A DNA stretch of 24,000 bases from an uncultured Oscillospiraceae bacterium (lineage in GTDB: Bacteria > Bacillota > Clostridia > Oscillospirales > Oscillospiraceae): positions 1,415 through 25,414 of the forward strand of contig CAKSWT010000008.1 of NCBI GenBank assembly GCA_934512135.1, in the 5' to 3' direction. Of the stretch, positions 16,818 to 24,000 are shown piece after piece; positions within the stretch are counted from its first letter, which is position 1, and every line of letters begins with the position of its first letter. The notes beneath the pieces are model-generated. The model ran no database searches. It saw nothing but the letters and a program-made list of their open reading frames with translations, and was not told the DNA's origin. The position numbers and the translations under genes were made by a program.

Positions 16818-17683
16818 AGGCCATGAAGAACATCACACTGATGCCCAATCCCTATCGGGACCGGGGCTTTCAGATCACCCGGGAAGCGGAGCGTATTCTG
16901 AAGGATCACGGAGCCCAGGTGCAGATCTGCCTGCCCTTTCACGTGGACCGGAGCCATGAGCTTCCGGAGAATATACGGTTTGTCACCATGGAGGAGGCGC
17001 TGCGGCGCTGTGACCTGATGATTTGCTTTGGCGGCGACGGTACCATCCTCCATGCGGCCCGTCTGGTGGGCAATCGGGACGTCCCCATGCTGGGGGTAAA
17101 CACCGGCACAATGGGCTTTTTGGCGGAGCTGGAGCACGATGAGCTGGAGCTGCTGCCTCAGGTCCTGGAGGAGGGGCTTACCTACGAGCGGCGGATGATG
17201 ATCCATGTGGCGGTGAAGCGGAACGGCCGGGTGATTTTTGAGGATAACGCCCTCAACGACGCCGTCATTACCAAAGGGGCGGTGGCCCGGGTCATTCAGC
17301 TCACCGTGGACTGTGACCAGACCGAGGCCATGCGTTTTGACGGAGACGGCCTGGTGATCGCCACCCCCACCGGCACCACCGCCTACTCCATGTCCGCAGG
17401 GGGTCCCATTGTGGAGCCCACGGCCCAAAACATTATCGTCACGCCCATTTGCGCCCATGCCATGGGTATCCGCTCTCTGGTGCTGATGAAGGACCGGGTG
17501 GTTACCTGCCGGGTGGGCCGCATTGGCAAGCGCAGCGCCTTTTTGTCGGTGGACGGGGGAAAGGCCGTGCGGCTGAGCGCTGAGGACAGCGTGGTGGTTA
17601 CCACCTCCCGCCGGTTTGTGCGGCTGGCCAAGATCAAAAACGCCAGCTATTACGGAACGCTTATCAATAAATTTCAGGGGTAA
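16814..17683 (+). CDS. nadK: NAD kinase
   Basis: GGDGTILHAAR; GTMGFLAEL; TPTGTTAYSMSAGGPIVEP. GTG at 16814 (overlapping tlyA stop) or ATG at 16823. Confidence 0.94.
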   Translation: MKAMKNITLMPNPYRDRGFQITREAERILKDHGAQVQICLPFHVDRSHELPENIRFVTMEEALRRCDLMICFGGDGTILHAARLVGNRDVPMLGVNTGTMGFLAELEHDELELLPQVLEEGLTYERRMMIHVAVKRNGRVIFEDNALNDAVITKGAVARVIQLTVDCDQTEAMRFDGDGLVIATPTGTTAYSMSAGGPIVEPTAQNIIVTPICAHAMGIRSLVLMKDRVVTCRVGRIGKRSAFLSVDGGKAVRLSAEDSVVVTTSRRFVRLAKIKNASYYGTLINKFQG

Positions 17684-17689
17684 TTGTCT

Positions 17690-18148
17690 ATGAAAAGCCA
17701 GCGTCAATCCAAAATATTGGAACTTATTGCCCAGCGGGACATCGAAACGCAGGAGCAGCTTTTGGCTGCCCTGGAGGAGAACGGCTTCCGCAGTACTCAG
17801 GCCACCATTTCCCGGGACATCAAAGAGCTGCGCATTGTCAAGGAGCTCTCTGCCGTCGGGACCTATCGGTATACGGTTCAGCAGAATGAGGCGGCAAACT
17901 TTTTCTCCCGGCTCAACAACATCTTCCACGAGTGCGTGGTCAAGCTGGACTATGCCCAGAATATCGTCATCATTAAGACGCTGCCTGGGCTGGCCGCTGC
18001 GGCCTGTTCTGCGGTGGACGGCATGGATACCCCTTCTGTGGCGGGCACCATCGCCGGAGATGATACGGGCCTGATCGTCATGCGGGATTCGGAATACGCC
18101 CGGGAGTTCTGTGAGGAGCTTCGGGGGATCATCAACAGAGCGAGGTAA
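17690..18148 (+). CDS. argR: Arginine repressor ArgR/AhrC
   Basis: MKSQRQSKILELIAQRDIETQEQLLAALEENGFRSTQATISRDIKELRIVK; C-terminal DTPSVAGTIAGDDTGLIV. ORF track begins at TTG 17684. Confidence 0.93.
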   Translation: MKSQRQSKILELIAQRDIETQEQLLAALEENGFRSTQATISRDIKELRIVKELSAVGTYRYTVQQNEAANFFSRLNNIFHECVVKLDYAQNIVIIKTLPGLAAAACSAVDGMDTPSVAGTIAGDDTGLIVMRDSEYAREFCEELRGIINRAR

Positions 18149-18154
18149 CGACTT

Positions 18155-19807
18155 ATGCTGGAGCTGCTGCACATTGAGAATATCGCTGTCATCGAACAGG
18201 CGGATATCACCTTCCAGCCGGGGCTTAACGTCCTGACCGGTGAGACGGGTGCGGGCAAATCCATCGTTATTGACGCCATTTCCGCCATTCTTGGCCAGCG
18301 GGCCTACCGGGATGCCATCCGGACCGGCACCAATCGGGCCAGAATCTCGGCGGTGTTTCAGGGGGTGCCGGAGTACCCCTGGTTCCGGGAAAATGGCATA
18401 TCCCACAGCGAGGAGCTGCTGATTCAGCGGGAGATTTACGCCGATGGGCGGAACGTCTGCCGGGTGGGGGGCCAGCCGGTGACGGTGACCATGCTCCGAG
18501 GCCTGGGGCAGCAGCTGATTCAAATCCACGGCCAGCATGACTCGGCCCAGCTCTTTGACGAGGCCAATCACTTGGGCGTTTTGGACGCCTTCGCAGACCA
18601 CGAGGCGCTGCTGGAGCAGTATCAAAGGGCTTATCGAGAAATGGACGATCTGCGAAAGGAAATTCGCAGCCTCACCATGGACGAGGCGGAGAAGCTCCGG
18701 CGCGTGGAAACGCTGAAATATCAAATCCAGGAGATCCAGCGGGCGGAGCTCCACCCGGGAGAGGACCAGGAGCTGGAGCAGCAGCGGAACCTCATGCGTT
18801 CGGGAGAAAAGCTCCTTTCTGCGCTCAATCAGGCAGCGGAGGCCCTATATGGCGGGGAGGACACCGATGGCGCTGCGGCCCTTACGGCCCAGGCGGCCCG
18901 GGCGCTCTCTGGGGTGTCCGGGGCATCCCGGGAGGTGGAGCGACTTGCCACCCTGGTGGAGGAGCTTGGCTACAGTGTCCAGGATGTAGCGGAGCAGGTC
19001 CGGGATGTGCGGGACAGCTTCGACTTTTCTCCCGGGGCCCTGGAGGCCGTGGAGTCCCGGCTGGATGTGATTCATCGGCTTCGCCGGAAATACGGCGCCG
19101 ACTGTACGGAAATTCTGGCTTATCTGGATCAGTGCGTCCGGGAGCTGGAGGCCATTGAGGTCTCCGACGATACCATTGCCCGGCTTCAGAAGGTCCTGAA
19201 GGGGAAAAAGCGGGCAGCCCGCACCCTGGCGGATCAGCTCAGCGCCTCTCGACAGGCTGCGGCAGAACGATTTGCCGCCCGTCTGGTGGAGGAGCTTCGG
19301 CAGTTGGATATGCCCCGGGTGCAGTTTTGCTGTGATCTCACACCCAAGGCCCATCTGGACGAGACCGGTGGAGACAACTGCCGGTTCCTGATGTCCGCCA
19401 ACGTAGGGGAGGAGCTTCGGCAGATGAGCCGTGTGGCCTCCGGCGGTGAGTTGGCCAGAATCATGCTGGCGATGAAAAATGTCATGAGTGAAAAAGACCA
19501 AATTCCCACCATGATCTTCGACGAGGTGGACACCGGCGTCAGCGGACGGGCCGCCCAGAAGGTGGCGGAGAAGCTCCACCGGGTGTCCCAAGGCCGGCAG
19601 GTCCTCTGTGTGACCCACCTGCCCCAGATTGCCGCCATGGCGGATACCCATTTCCTCATTTCCAAGGCGGAGCAGCAGGGGAGAACCTATACCTCTGTTA
19701 CGCCTCTGGACCGGGAGGGGCGGAAGGCGGAGATCGCCCGACTGATCGGTGGTGCGCGGATCACCGAAAACACCATGAAGAGCGCAGAAGAAATGCTTCT
19801 CCGGTGA
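18155..19807 (+). CDS. recN: DNA repair protein RecN
   Basis: LLHIENIAVIEQADITFQPGLNVLTGETGAGKSIVIDAI; ASGGELARIMLAMKNV; TMIFDEVDTGVSGRAAQKVAEKL; CVTHLPQIAAMADTHF. Confidence 0.96.
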   Translation: MLELLHIENIAVIEQADITFQPGLNVLTGETGAGKSIVIDAISAILGQRAYRDAIRTGTNRARISAVFQGVPEYPWFRENGISHSEELLIQREIYADGRNVCRVGGQPVTVTMLRGLGQQLIQIHGQHDSAQLFDEANHLGVLDAFADHEALLEQYQRAYREMDDLRKEIRSLTMDEAEKLRRVETLKYQIQEIQRAELHPGEDQELEQQRNLMRSGEKLLSALNQAAEALYGGEDTDGAAALTAQAARALSGVSGASREVERLATLVEELGYSVQDVAEQVRDVRDSFDFSPGALEAVESRLDVIHRLRRKYGADCTEILAYLDQCVRELEAIEVSDDTIARLQKVLKGKKRAARTLADQLSASRQAAAERFAARLVEELRQLDMPRVQFCCDLTPKAHLDETGGDNCRFLMSANVGEELRQMSRVASGGELARIMLAMKNVMSEKDQIPTMIFDEVDTGVSGRAAQKVAEKLHRVSQGRQVLCVTHLPQIAAMADTHFLISKAEQQGRTYTSVTPLDREGRKAEIARLIGGARITENTMKSAEEMLLR

Positions 19808-19832
19808 GCCACCTCCTTCACCGGAGAATTTC
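19799..19832 (+). terminator. Weak terminator-like hairpin at the recN 3' end
   Basis: CTCCGGTGA-GCCACCTCCT-TCACCGGAG (9-bp stem) overlapping the recN stop, followed by AATTTC. Confidence 0.4.
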
Positions 19833-19853
19833 ATGGAATTTTGCGAAAAACAC

Positions 19854-19882
19854 TTGACAATCCTCCTGCGGCATGGTATTAT
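19854..19882 (+). promoter_or_regulatory. Promoter for tRNA-Ser
   Basis: Consensus TTGACA (19854-19859) - 17 nt - TATTAT (19877-19882), 30 nt upstream of the tRNA 5' end. Confidence 0.85.
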
Positions 19883-19912
19883 AACCGAGCTGTCTGAGAC
19901 AGCACAATATCT

Positions 19913-20004
19913 GGAGAGATGGCTGAGCTGGCCGAAGGCGCACGATTGGAAATCGTGTAGGCGTTAATAGCGTCTCGAGGGTTCGAATCCCTCTCTCTCC
20001 GCCA
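19913..20004 (+). tRNA. tRNA-Ser(GGA), CCA encoded
   Basis: Acceptor GGAGAGA/TCTCTCC, discriminator G + CCA; anticodon stem CACGA/TCGTG with loop TTGGAAA (anticodon GGA 19948-19950); variable arm; T-loop GTTCGAATC; class II length of 92 nt. Confidence 0.95.
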
Positions 20005-20005
20005 A

Positions 20006-20041
20006 GCCGCCGCAGGTGTTTCCACTTGCGGCGGCTTTTTT
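20006..20041 (+). terminator. Intrinsic terminator after tRNA-Ser
   Basis: GCCGCCGCAGGTG-TTTC-CACTTGCGGCGGC followed by T6: 13-bp stem with one wobble. Confidence 0.92.
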
Positions 20042-20076
20042 GCAATGGGAAAAGTAAATGTGTAAGGAGTAAATGT

Positions 20077-21435
20077 ATGAAGCGAGAGTCATTTCAATCC
20101 CGGCTGGGCTTTCTGCTGGTCAGCGCTGGCTGCGCCATCGGCATCGGCAATGTCTGGCGGTTCCCCTTTGTGGTGGGGCAGAATGGCGGCGGCCTGTTTG
20201 TGCTGCTGTATCTGGTCTTTCTGGTGATTATGGGTCTGCCGGTGCTTACCATGGAGCTGGCTGTGGGACGAGCCAGCCGGAAAAGTGCGGTCCTGGGCTA
20301 TAAGGCCCTGGAGAAGCCTAAGAGCAAGTGGCATATCCACGGCTGGTTTGCCATTCTGGGCTGCTATATCCTTATGATGTACTACACCACCGTCTCCGGG
20401 TGGATGCTGGACTATTTTGTAAGGTTCACCGCCGGTACCTTCCGGCACGGCATGGAGGCCTCCGCCGCAGAGGCTGTGTTTGGCCAAATGCTGTCGGATC
20501 CCCTGGAAATGGGACTCTTTATGGTCATCACCGTGGTGACGGGCTTTCTGGTGTGTAGCCGGGGGCTCCAGAACGGCCTGGAAAAAATCAGCAAGTACAT
20601 GATGAGCGCATTGTTGGTCCTGATCGTGGTGCTGGCTATTCACAGCCTCACGTTGTCCGGCGCCGCTCAGGGACTGAAATTCTACCTGGTGCCCAATCTT
20701 TCGGCAGTCCGGGAGGTGGGGATTGGCAGCGTCATTTCTGCGGCCATGAATCAGTCCTTCTTCACCTTGAGCCTTGGGGTGGCAGCTATGGAGATCTTTG
20801 GAAGCTATATGAACAAGGAGCACACCCTGGCAGGGGAGGGCGTTCGAATCTGCGCCCTGGATACCTTTGTGGCGGTACTCAGCGGCCTGATTATTTTCCC
20901 CGCCTGCTTTAGCTACGGCGTGGAGGTGGGGGCCGGTCCCAGCCTGATCTTCCAGACTCTGCCCAACGTGTTTGTGAATATGGCCGGGGGCAGAATCTGG
21001 GGGGCCCTGTTCTTCCTGTTTATGACCTTCGCCAGCTTTTCCACGGTGATTGCCGTGTTTGAGAATATTATGTCCTTTTGTATGGACATGTTCGGCTGGA
21101 GCCGAAAGAAGGCGGCTCTGGTCAACTGTGTTGTGATTCTGATTGCCTCCATGCCCTGTGTGCTGGGATACAACCTCTGGTCTGATCTCCATATCATCGG
21201 AGCCCGGGATGTGCTGGACAGTGAGGACTTCCTGGTGAGCAATCTGCTTCTGCCCATCGGCTCTCTGATTTATCTGCTGTTCTGTGTGTCCAAGTGGGGC
21301 TGGGGCGCCAGGAACTACTTCAACGAGGTCAATACTGGTCGGGGCCTGAAGCTCAAACCCTGGCTGAAGCCGTACTTCCAGTTTGTTCTGCCCATTCTGA
21401 TTCTGATCATTCTGATTCAGGGGCTGCTGCCGTAA
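20077..21435 (+). CDS. Sodium-dependent transporter, neurotransmitter:sodium symporter (NSS) family
   Basis: MKRESFQSRLGFLLVSAGCAIGIGNVWRFPFVVGQNGGGLFVLLYLVF is the signature NSS TM1. SD AAGGAG at 20064-20069. ORF track start 20026 lies inside the terminator. Confidence 0.93.
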   Translation: MKRESFQSRLGFLLVSAGCAIGIGNVWRFPFVVGQNGGGLFVLLYLVFLVIMGLPVLTMELAVGRASRKSAVLGYKALEKPKSKWHIHGWFAILGCYILMMYYTTVSGWMLDYFVRFTAGTFRHGMEASAAEAVFGQMLSDPLEMGLFMVITVVTGFLVCSRGLQNGLEKISKYMMSALLVLIVVLAIHSLTLSGAAQGLKFYLVPNLSAVREVGIGSVISAAMNQSFFTLSLGVAAMEIFGSYMNKEHTLAGEGVRICALDTFVAVLSGLIIFPACFSYGVEVGAGPSLIFQTLPNVFVNMAGGRIWGALFFLFMTFASFSTVIAVFENIMSFCMDMFGWSRKKAALVNCVVILIASMPCVLGYNLWSDLHIIGARDVLDSEDFLVSNLLLPIGSLIYLLFCVSKWGWGARNYFNEVNTGRGLKLKPWLKPYFQFVLPILILIILIQGLLP

Positions 21436-21441
21436 CGAAAT

Positions 21442-21475
21442 CCGCCGCAGAGGCTGTCCTCTGCGGCGGTCCTTA
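21442..21475. terminator. Bidirectional terminator-like hairpin between convergent genes
   Basis: Perfect 12-bp stem CCGCCGCAGAGG-CTGT-CCTCTGCGGCGG between the NSS gene (+) and macro gene (-); short U-tracts. Confidence 0.65.
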
Positions 21476-21970
21476 TACCAGCCCCATATTCTTTGCCAGT
21501 CCATAGGCCTCTTTGTCATAGAGCACCAGATATACTGCCATCTGGTGAGTCTGGAGAAAGTCCCGGATGGTCTCCACGGCCACCTGAATTGCGGCCTTCT
21601 TGGGGTATCCGTACACACCGGCGGAGATCAGCGGAAACGCCACAGATCGGCAGCCCTGCGTCGCGGCGAGGGACAGGGACCGGCGATAACAGCTGCGCAG
21701 CAACGCCTCCTCGCCCTGCCCGCCTCCGTGCCAAATGGGTCCTACGGTGTGGATGACGTATTGGCAGGGCAGACGATAGCCTTTTGTGAGCTTGGCGTCC
21801 CCGGTGGGGCAGCCATGAAGGCTCCGGCACGCCCAAAGCAGCTCCGGCCCGGCGGCCCGGTGAATGCAGCCGTCAACGCCGCCGCCTCCCAGCAGGGTCT
21901 CGTTAGCGGCGTTGACAATGGCGTCTACCGCCAGAGTGGTAATGTCTGATTGTATGATCGACAGTGGCAT
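21473..21970 (-). CDS. Macro domain protein (putative O-acetyl-ADP-ribose deacetylase, YmdB-like)
   Basis: [45 protein letters not shown]...[10 protein letters not shown]...[17 protein letters not shown] at 21970 (or 21976) preferred over 22090. Confidence 0.93.
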   Translation of the reverse strand: MPLSIIQSDITTLAVDAIVNAANETLLGGGGVDGCIHRAAGPELLWACRSLHGCPTGDAKLTKGYRLPCQYVIHTVGPIWHGGGQGEEALLRSCYRRSLSLAATQGCRSVAFPLISAGVYGYPKKAAIQVAVETIRDFLQTHQMAVYLVLYDKEAYGLAKNMGLV

Positions 21971-22000
21971 AGCCATTCCTTCTTTCTCTGGGTTTTCTCC

Positions 22001-22029
22001 ATTGTAGGGCTCCCGGAGGGGGTTGTCAA
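22001..22029 (-). promoter_or_regulatory. Promoter for the macro-domain gene
   Basis: Minus strand TTGACA (22024-22029) - 17 nt - TACAAT (22001-22006). Confidence 0.75.
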
Positions 22030-22041
22030 GGGCGGTTTTTG

Positions 22042-22070
22042 TTGACGCAGGGGCGTTTTTGCGGTATGAT
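22042..22070 (+). promoter_or_regulatory. Promoter for the D-LDH-like gene
   Basis: TTGACG (22042-22047) - 17 nt - TATGAT (22065-22070). Confidence 0.75.
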
Positions 22071-22115
22071 GTCAGGGTTGTCGAGAGCATTCGACATTTT
22101 TGGGAGGAACGAGAG

Positions 22116-23093
22116 ATGAAGTTATTTGTGTATGGGTATCGACCCTATGACGAGGAAGAGGCCTTCCGCCGCTATGCGGAGCAGTTTGATGTGACGGTTG
22201 GTCTGTGCGAGGAGCAGCCCTCTATGGATAACGCCGCCTTGGCGGAAGGGTATGACGCCATCTCTATCGTCTCTACGGAAATGCCCCAACAGCTGATCGT
22301 CCGGTTTCGGGCGCTGGGCATCCGAATGATTTCCACCCGTACGGTGGGCTACGACCACATTGATCTGAATACCGCCAAAACCGTGGGAATCCATGTGTCC
22401 AACGCCACCTATAGTCCCTGTGGCGTGGCGGATTACACAGTGATGCTGATTCTCATGGCCCTGCGCCGCTGCAAGCGCATCCTCCAGCGGGCGGATATTC
22501 ACGATTTCACGCTGCCGGGAATCATCGGCCGGGAGCTGCGCAGCTGCACCGTGGGGGTTCTGGGCACCGGGAAGATTGGCCGGACGGTGCTGGAGGATCT
22601 GTCCGGTTTTGGCTGTCGGCGTCTGGCCTACAGCCGGACCCCGGACCCGTCCCTGGGGGTGGAATATGTGTCCCTGGATGAAATTCTTGCCCGGTCCGAT
22701 GTGCTGACCTTTCATATGCCCCTAAACGAGGCCAGCTATCATCTCATCGACCACGCCGCCATTGCCAAAATGAAGGACGGGGTGGTGCTGGTGAACACGG
22801 CCCGAGGGGGCCTGATTGAGTCCGAGGCCTTGATCGAGGGGTTGGAGTGCGGGAAAATCGGTGCAGCGGCTCTGGATGTGCTGGAAAACGAGGCGGGACT
22901 GTACCATCAGGATAAGCGCTGGGCGCAGATTCGCCACCGGGCCATGAGCATTTTAAAGGATATGCCCAATGTGATTGTCACTCCCCATATGGCCTTCTAC
23001 ACCCAAGAGGCCATTGATGACATGGTGGGCCACAGCGTGGAGAGCTGCGTGCTGGAGCTCTCCGGCAAGGAAAACCCCTGGCGGGTGGTGTGA
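22116..23093 (+). CDS. D-isomer-specific 2-hydroxyacid dehydrogenase (D-lactate dehydrogenase/VanH-like)
   Basis: [42 protein letters not shown]; [13 protein letters not shown]; [18 protein letters not shown]; [18 protein letters not shown] at 22116 with SD GGAGG; ORF track start 22023 overlaps the promoter. Confidence 0.9.
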   Translation: MKLFVYGYRPYDEEEAFRRYAEQFDVTVGLCEEQPSMDNAALAEGYDAISIVSTEMPQQLIVRFRALGIRMISTRTVGYDHIDLNTAKTVGIHVSNATYSPCGVADYTVMLILMALRRCKRILQRADIHDFTLPGIIGRELRSCTVGVLGTGKIGRTVLEDLSGFGCRRLAYSRTPDPSLGVEYVSLDEILARSDVLTFHMPLNEASYHLIDHAAIAKMKDGVVLVNTARGGLIESEALIEGLECGKIGAAALDVLENEAGLYHQDKRWAQIRHRAMSILKDMPNVIVTPHMAFYTQEAIDDMVGHSVESCVLELSGKENPWRVV

Positions 23094-23106
23094 GAAAGGA
23101 AAGCCT

Positions 23107-23628
23107 ATGAATTATGTCTGTGAGGGCGGCTACCGCTCTTTTGTCTGTCTGGATTTTGAGACCACCGGCCTGTCCGGCCAAAAGGACCGGGTCACGGAGA
23201 TTGGCGCGGTGAAGGTCCGGGAGGGAGAGATCGTTCAGCGATTCTCCACCCTGGTGAATCCGGGCCGGCCCATTCCGCCCCGGGTGGTGGCGCTGACGGG
23301 AATCTCCAACGACATGGTGGAGGATCATCCTAGAATTCAGGAGATTCTCCCGGTGTTTCTGGGATTTTTGGGGGACCTTCCCCTGGTGGCCCACAATGCA
23401 AAGTTCGATTGCAAGTTCTTAGAACGGGATCTGCTGGGTATGGGCCGCAGTATTGAAAATCCTGTGGCGGATACGCTGCAGCAGGCACGCCTCCGCTGCC
23501 CCGGATTGCCCAGCTATAAGCTGAGCTACCTGACGGAGCACTTTTCCATCCCTCTGCGGGATGCCCACCGGGCCTGGTGCGACGCCGAGGCCACGGCGCT
23601 GCTGTATCTGCTGCTCCAATCCGTATAG
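23107..23628 (+). CDS. DnaQ-like 3'-5' exonuclease (DNA polymerase III epsilon/PolC exonuclease family)
   Basis: Exo motifs CLDFETTGL, VAHNAKFDCKFLERD, HRAWCDAEATALL. ORF track start 22975 is an upstream extension; ATG at 23107 fits. Confidence 0.9.
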   Translation: MNYVCEGGYRSFVCLDFETTGLSGQKDRVTEIGAVKVREGEIVQRFSTLVNPGRPIPPRVVALTGISNDMVEDHPRIQEILPVFLGFLGDLPLVAHNAKFDCKFLERDLLGMGRSIENPVADTLQQARLRCPGLPSYKLSYLTEHFSIPLRDAHRAWCDAEATALLYLLLQSV

Positions 23629-23638
23629 AAAAAGAGAA

Positions 23639-23676
23639 GTCGCGGACTGCCGCCAAATTTGGCGGCAGTCCGCGAC
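23639..23676. terminator. Bidirectional terminator-like perfect palindrome between convergent genes
   Basis: GTCGCGGACTGCCGCCAAA|TTTGGCGGCAGTCCGCGAC, 38-nt perfect palindrome; T-rich on the minus side (TTCTCTTTTTC). Confidence 0.85.
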
Positions 23677-23678
23677 GT

Positions 23679-24000
23679 TTAGTTTCGGTTTAGCGTCAGC
23701 GCCCCGGTGGGACAGGTGTGGACACAGGCGGGCAGCAGACCGGCCTCCACCCGGCCGACACAGCCGTCACACTTGAGGATTTTCCCGGTTTCCGGATGAA
23801 AGGAGATTACACCAAGAGGACAGGCTGCTGCGCAGGCCTGACAGCCGATGCACTGGTCGGTGTTCGCCTGGATTAGACCTCGGTCATCCCGGTAGAGACA
23901 GCCGGAAGGACATACCTTCATACAGGCCCCGCAGTGGACGCAGTGGATAAATTGGTAGTTCAGCCCCTGCCCGGTTTCCCCCAGCACCAGACGGCAAAGG
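23679..24000 (-). CDS. 4Fe-4S ferredoxin-type iron-sulfur subunit (CooF/DmsB/HycB-like), C-terminal part
   Basis: CVHCGACMKVCPSGCLYRDD, CIGCQACAAACPLGV, KCDGCVGRVEAGLLPACVHTCPTGAL; the frame stays open upstream of the ORF-track Met to the window edge (...LCRLVLGETGQ), so the gene is likely truncated. Confidence 0.85.
   Translation of the reverse strand, partial: LCRLVLGETGQGLNYQFIHCVHCGACMKVCPSGCLYRDDRGLIQANTDQCIGCQACAAACPLGVISFHPETGKILKCDGCVGRVEAGLLPACVHTCPTGALTLNRN

Noticed and set aside
16688-18754. 688-aa antisense ORF opposite nadK/argR/recN
   Set aside because: Spans three confident genes on the other strand and has shadow-ORF composition; no RBS or family similarity recognised.
18845-19834. 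329-aa antisense ORF opposite recN
   Set aside because: Antisense shadow ORF, composition rich in Gly/His/Leu without domains.
1-24000. CRISPR arrays, insertion sequences, prophage, toxin-antitoxin or defence systems
   Set aside because: No regularly spaced direct repeats, transposase, integrase, cas, restriction-modification or toxin-like products seen; most of the window is metabolic/housekeeping genes. The macro-domain gene alone is not evidence of a DarTG-type or defence system.

Overview
This 24 kb window looks like a chromosomal segment from a moderately high-GC Clostridia/Oscillospiraceae-type Firmicute (lineage inferred from gene order and protein style). Left part, minus strand: the 5' end of a MATE efflux gene at the window edge; a complete branched-chain amino acid ABC transporter operon (livJ-H-M-G-F order of transcription); and a three-gene run encoding a cytoplasmic ParB-like/BMP(PnrA-like) fusion, an AEC permease, and an orphan DUF2229 / 2-hydroxyacyl-CoA dehydratase activase-like protein. 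Centre, plus strand: a conserved housekeeping cluster, nusB - TsaD-like paralogue - xseA - xseB - ispA - dxs - tlyA - nadK - argR - recN. Right part: tRNA-Ser(GGA), an NSS-family sodium-dependent transporter, a macro-domain gene (minus), a VanH/D-LDH-like dehydrogenase, a DnaQ-like exonuclease, and the 3' part of a 4Fe-4S ferredoxin-type subunit. I see no CRISPR array, transposon, prophage or recognisable defence island. The most interesting signals are: (1) the ParB-like + BMP fusion protein without a signal peptide and its conserved-looking neighbours; (2) a repeated layout in which an intrinsic-terminator hairpin sits a few to about 25 nt upstream of the Shine-Dalgarno of a downstream gene (MATE, DUF2229 gene, NSS transporter), suggesting attenuation or obligatory read-through; (3) the divergent TsaD paralogue between nusB and xseA; and (4) tandem hairpins between livJ and livH. 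All are inferences from reading the sequence; no searches or folding calculations were run.
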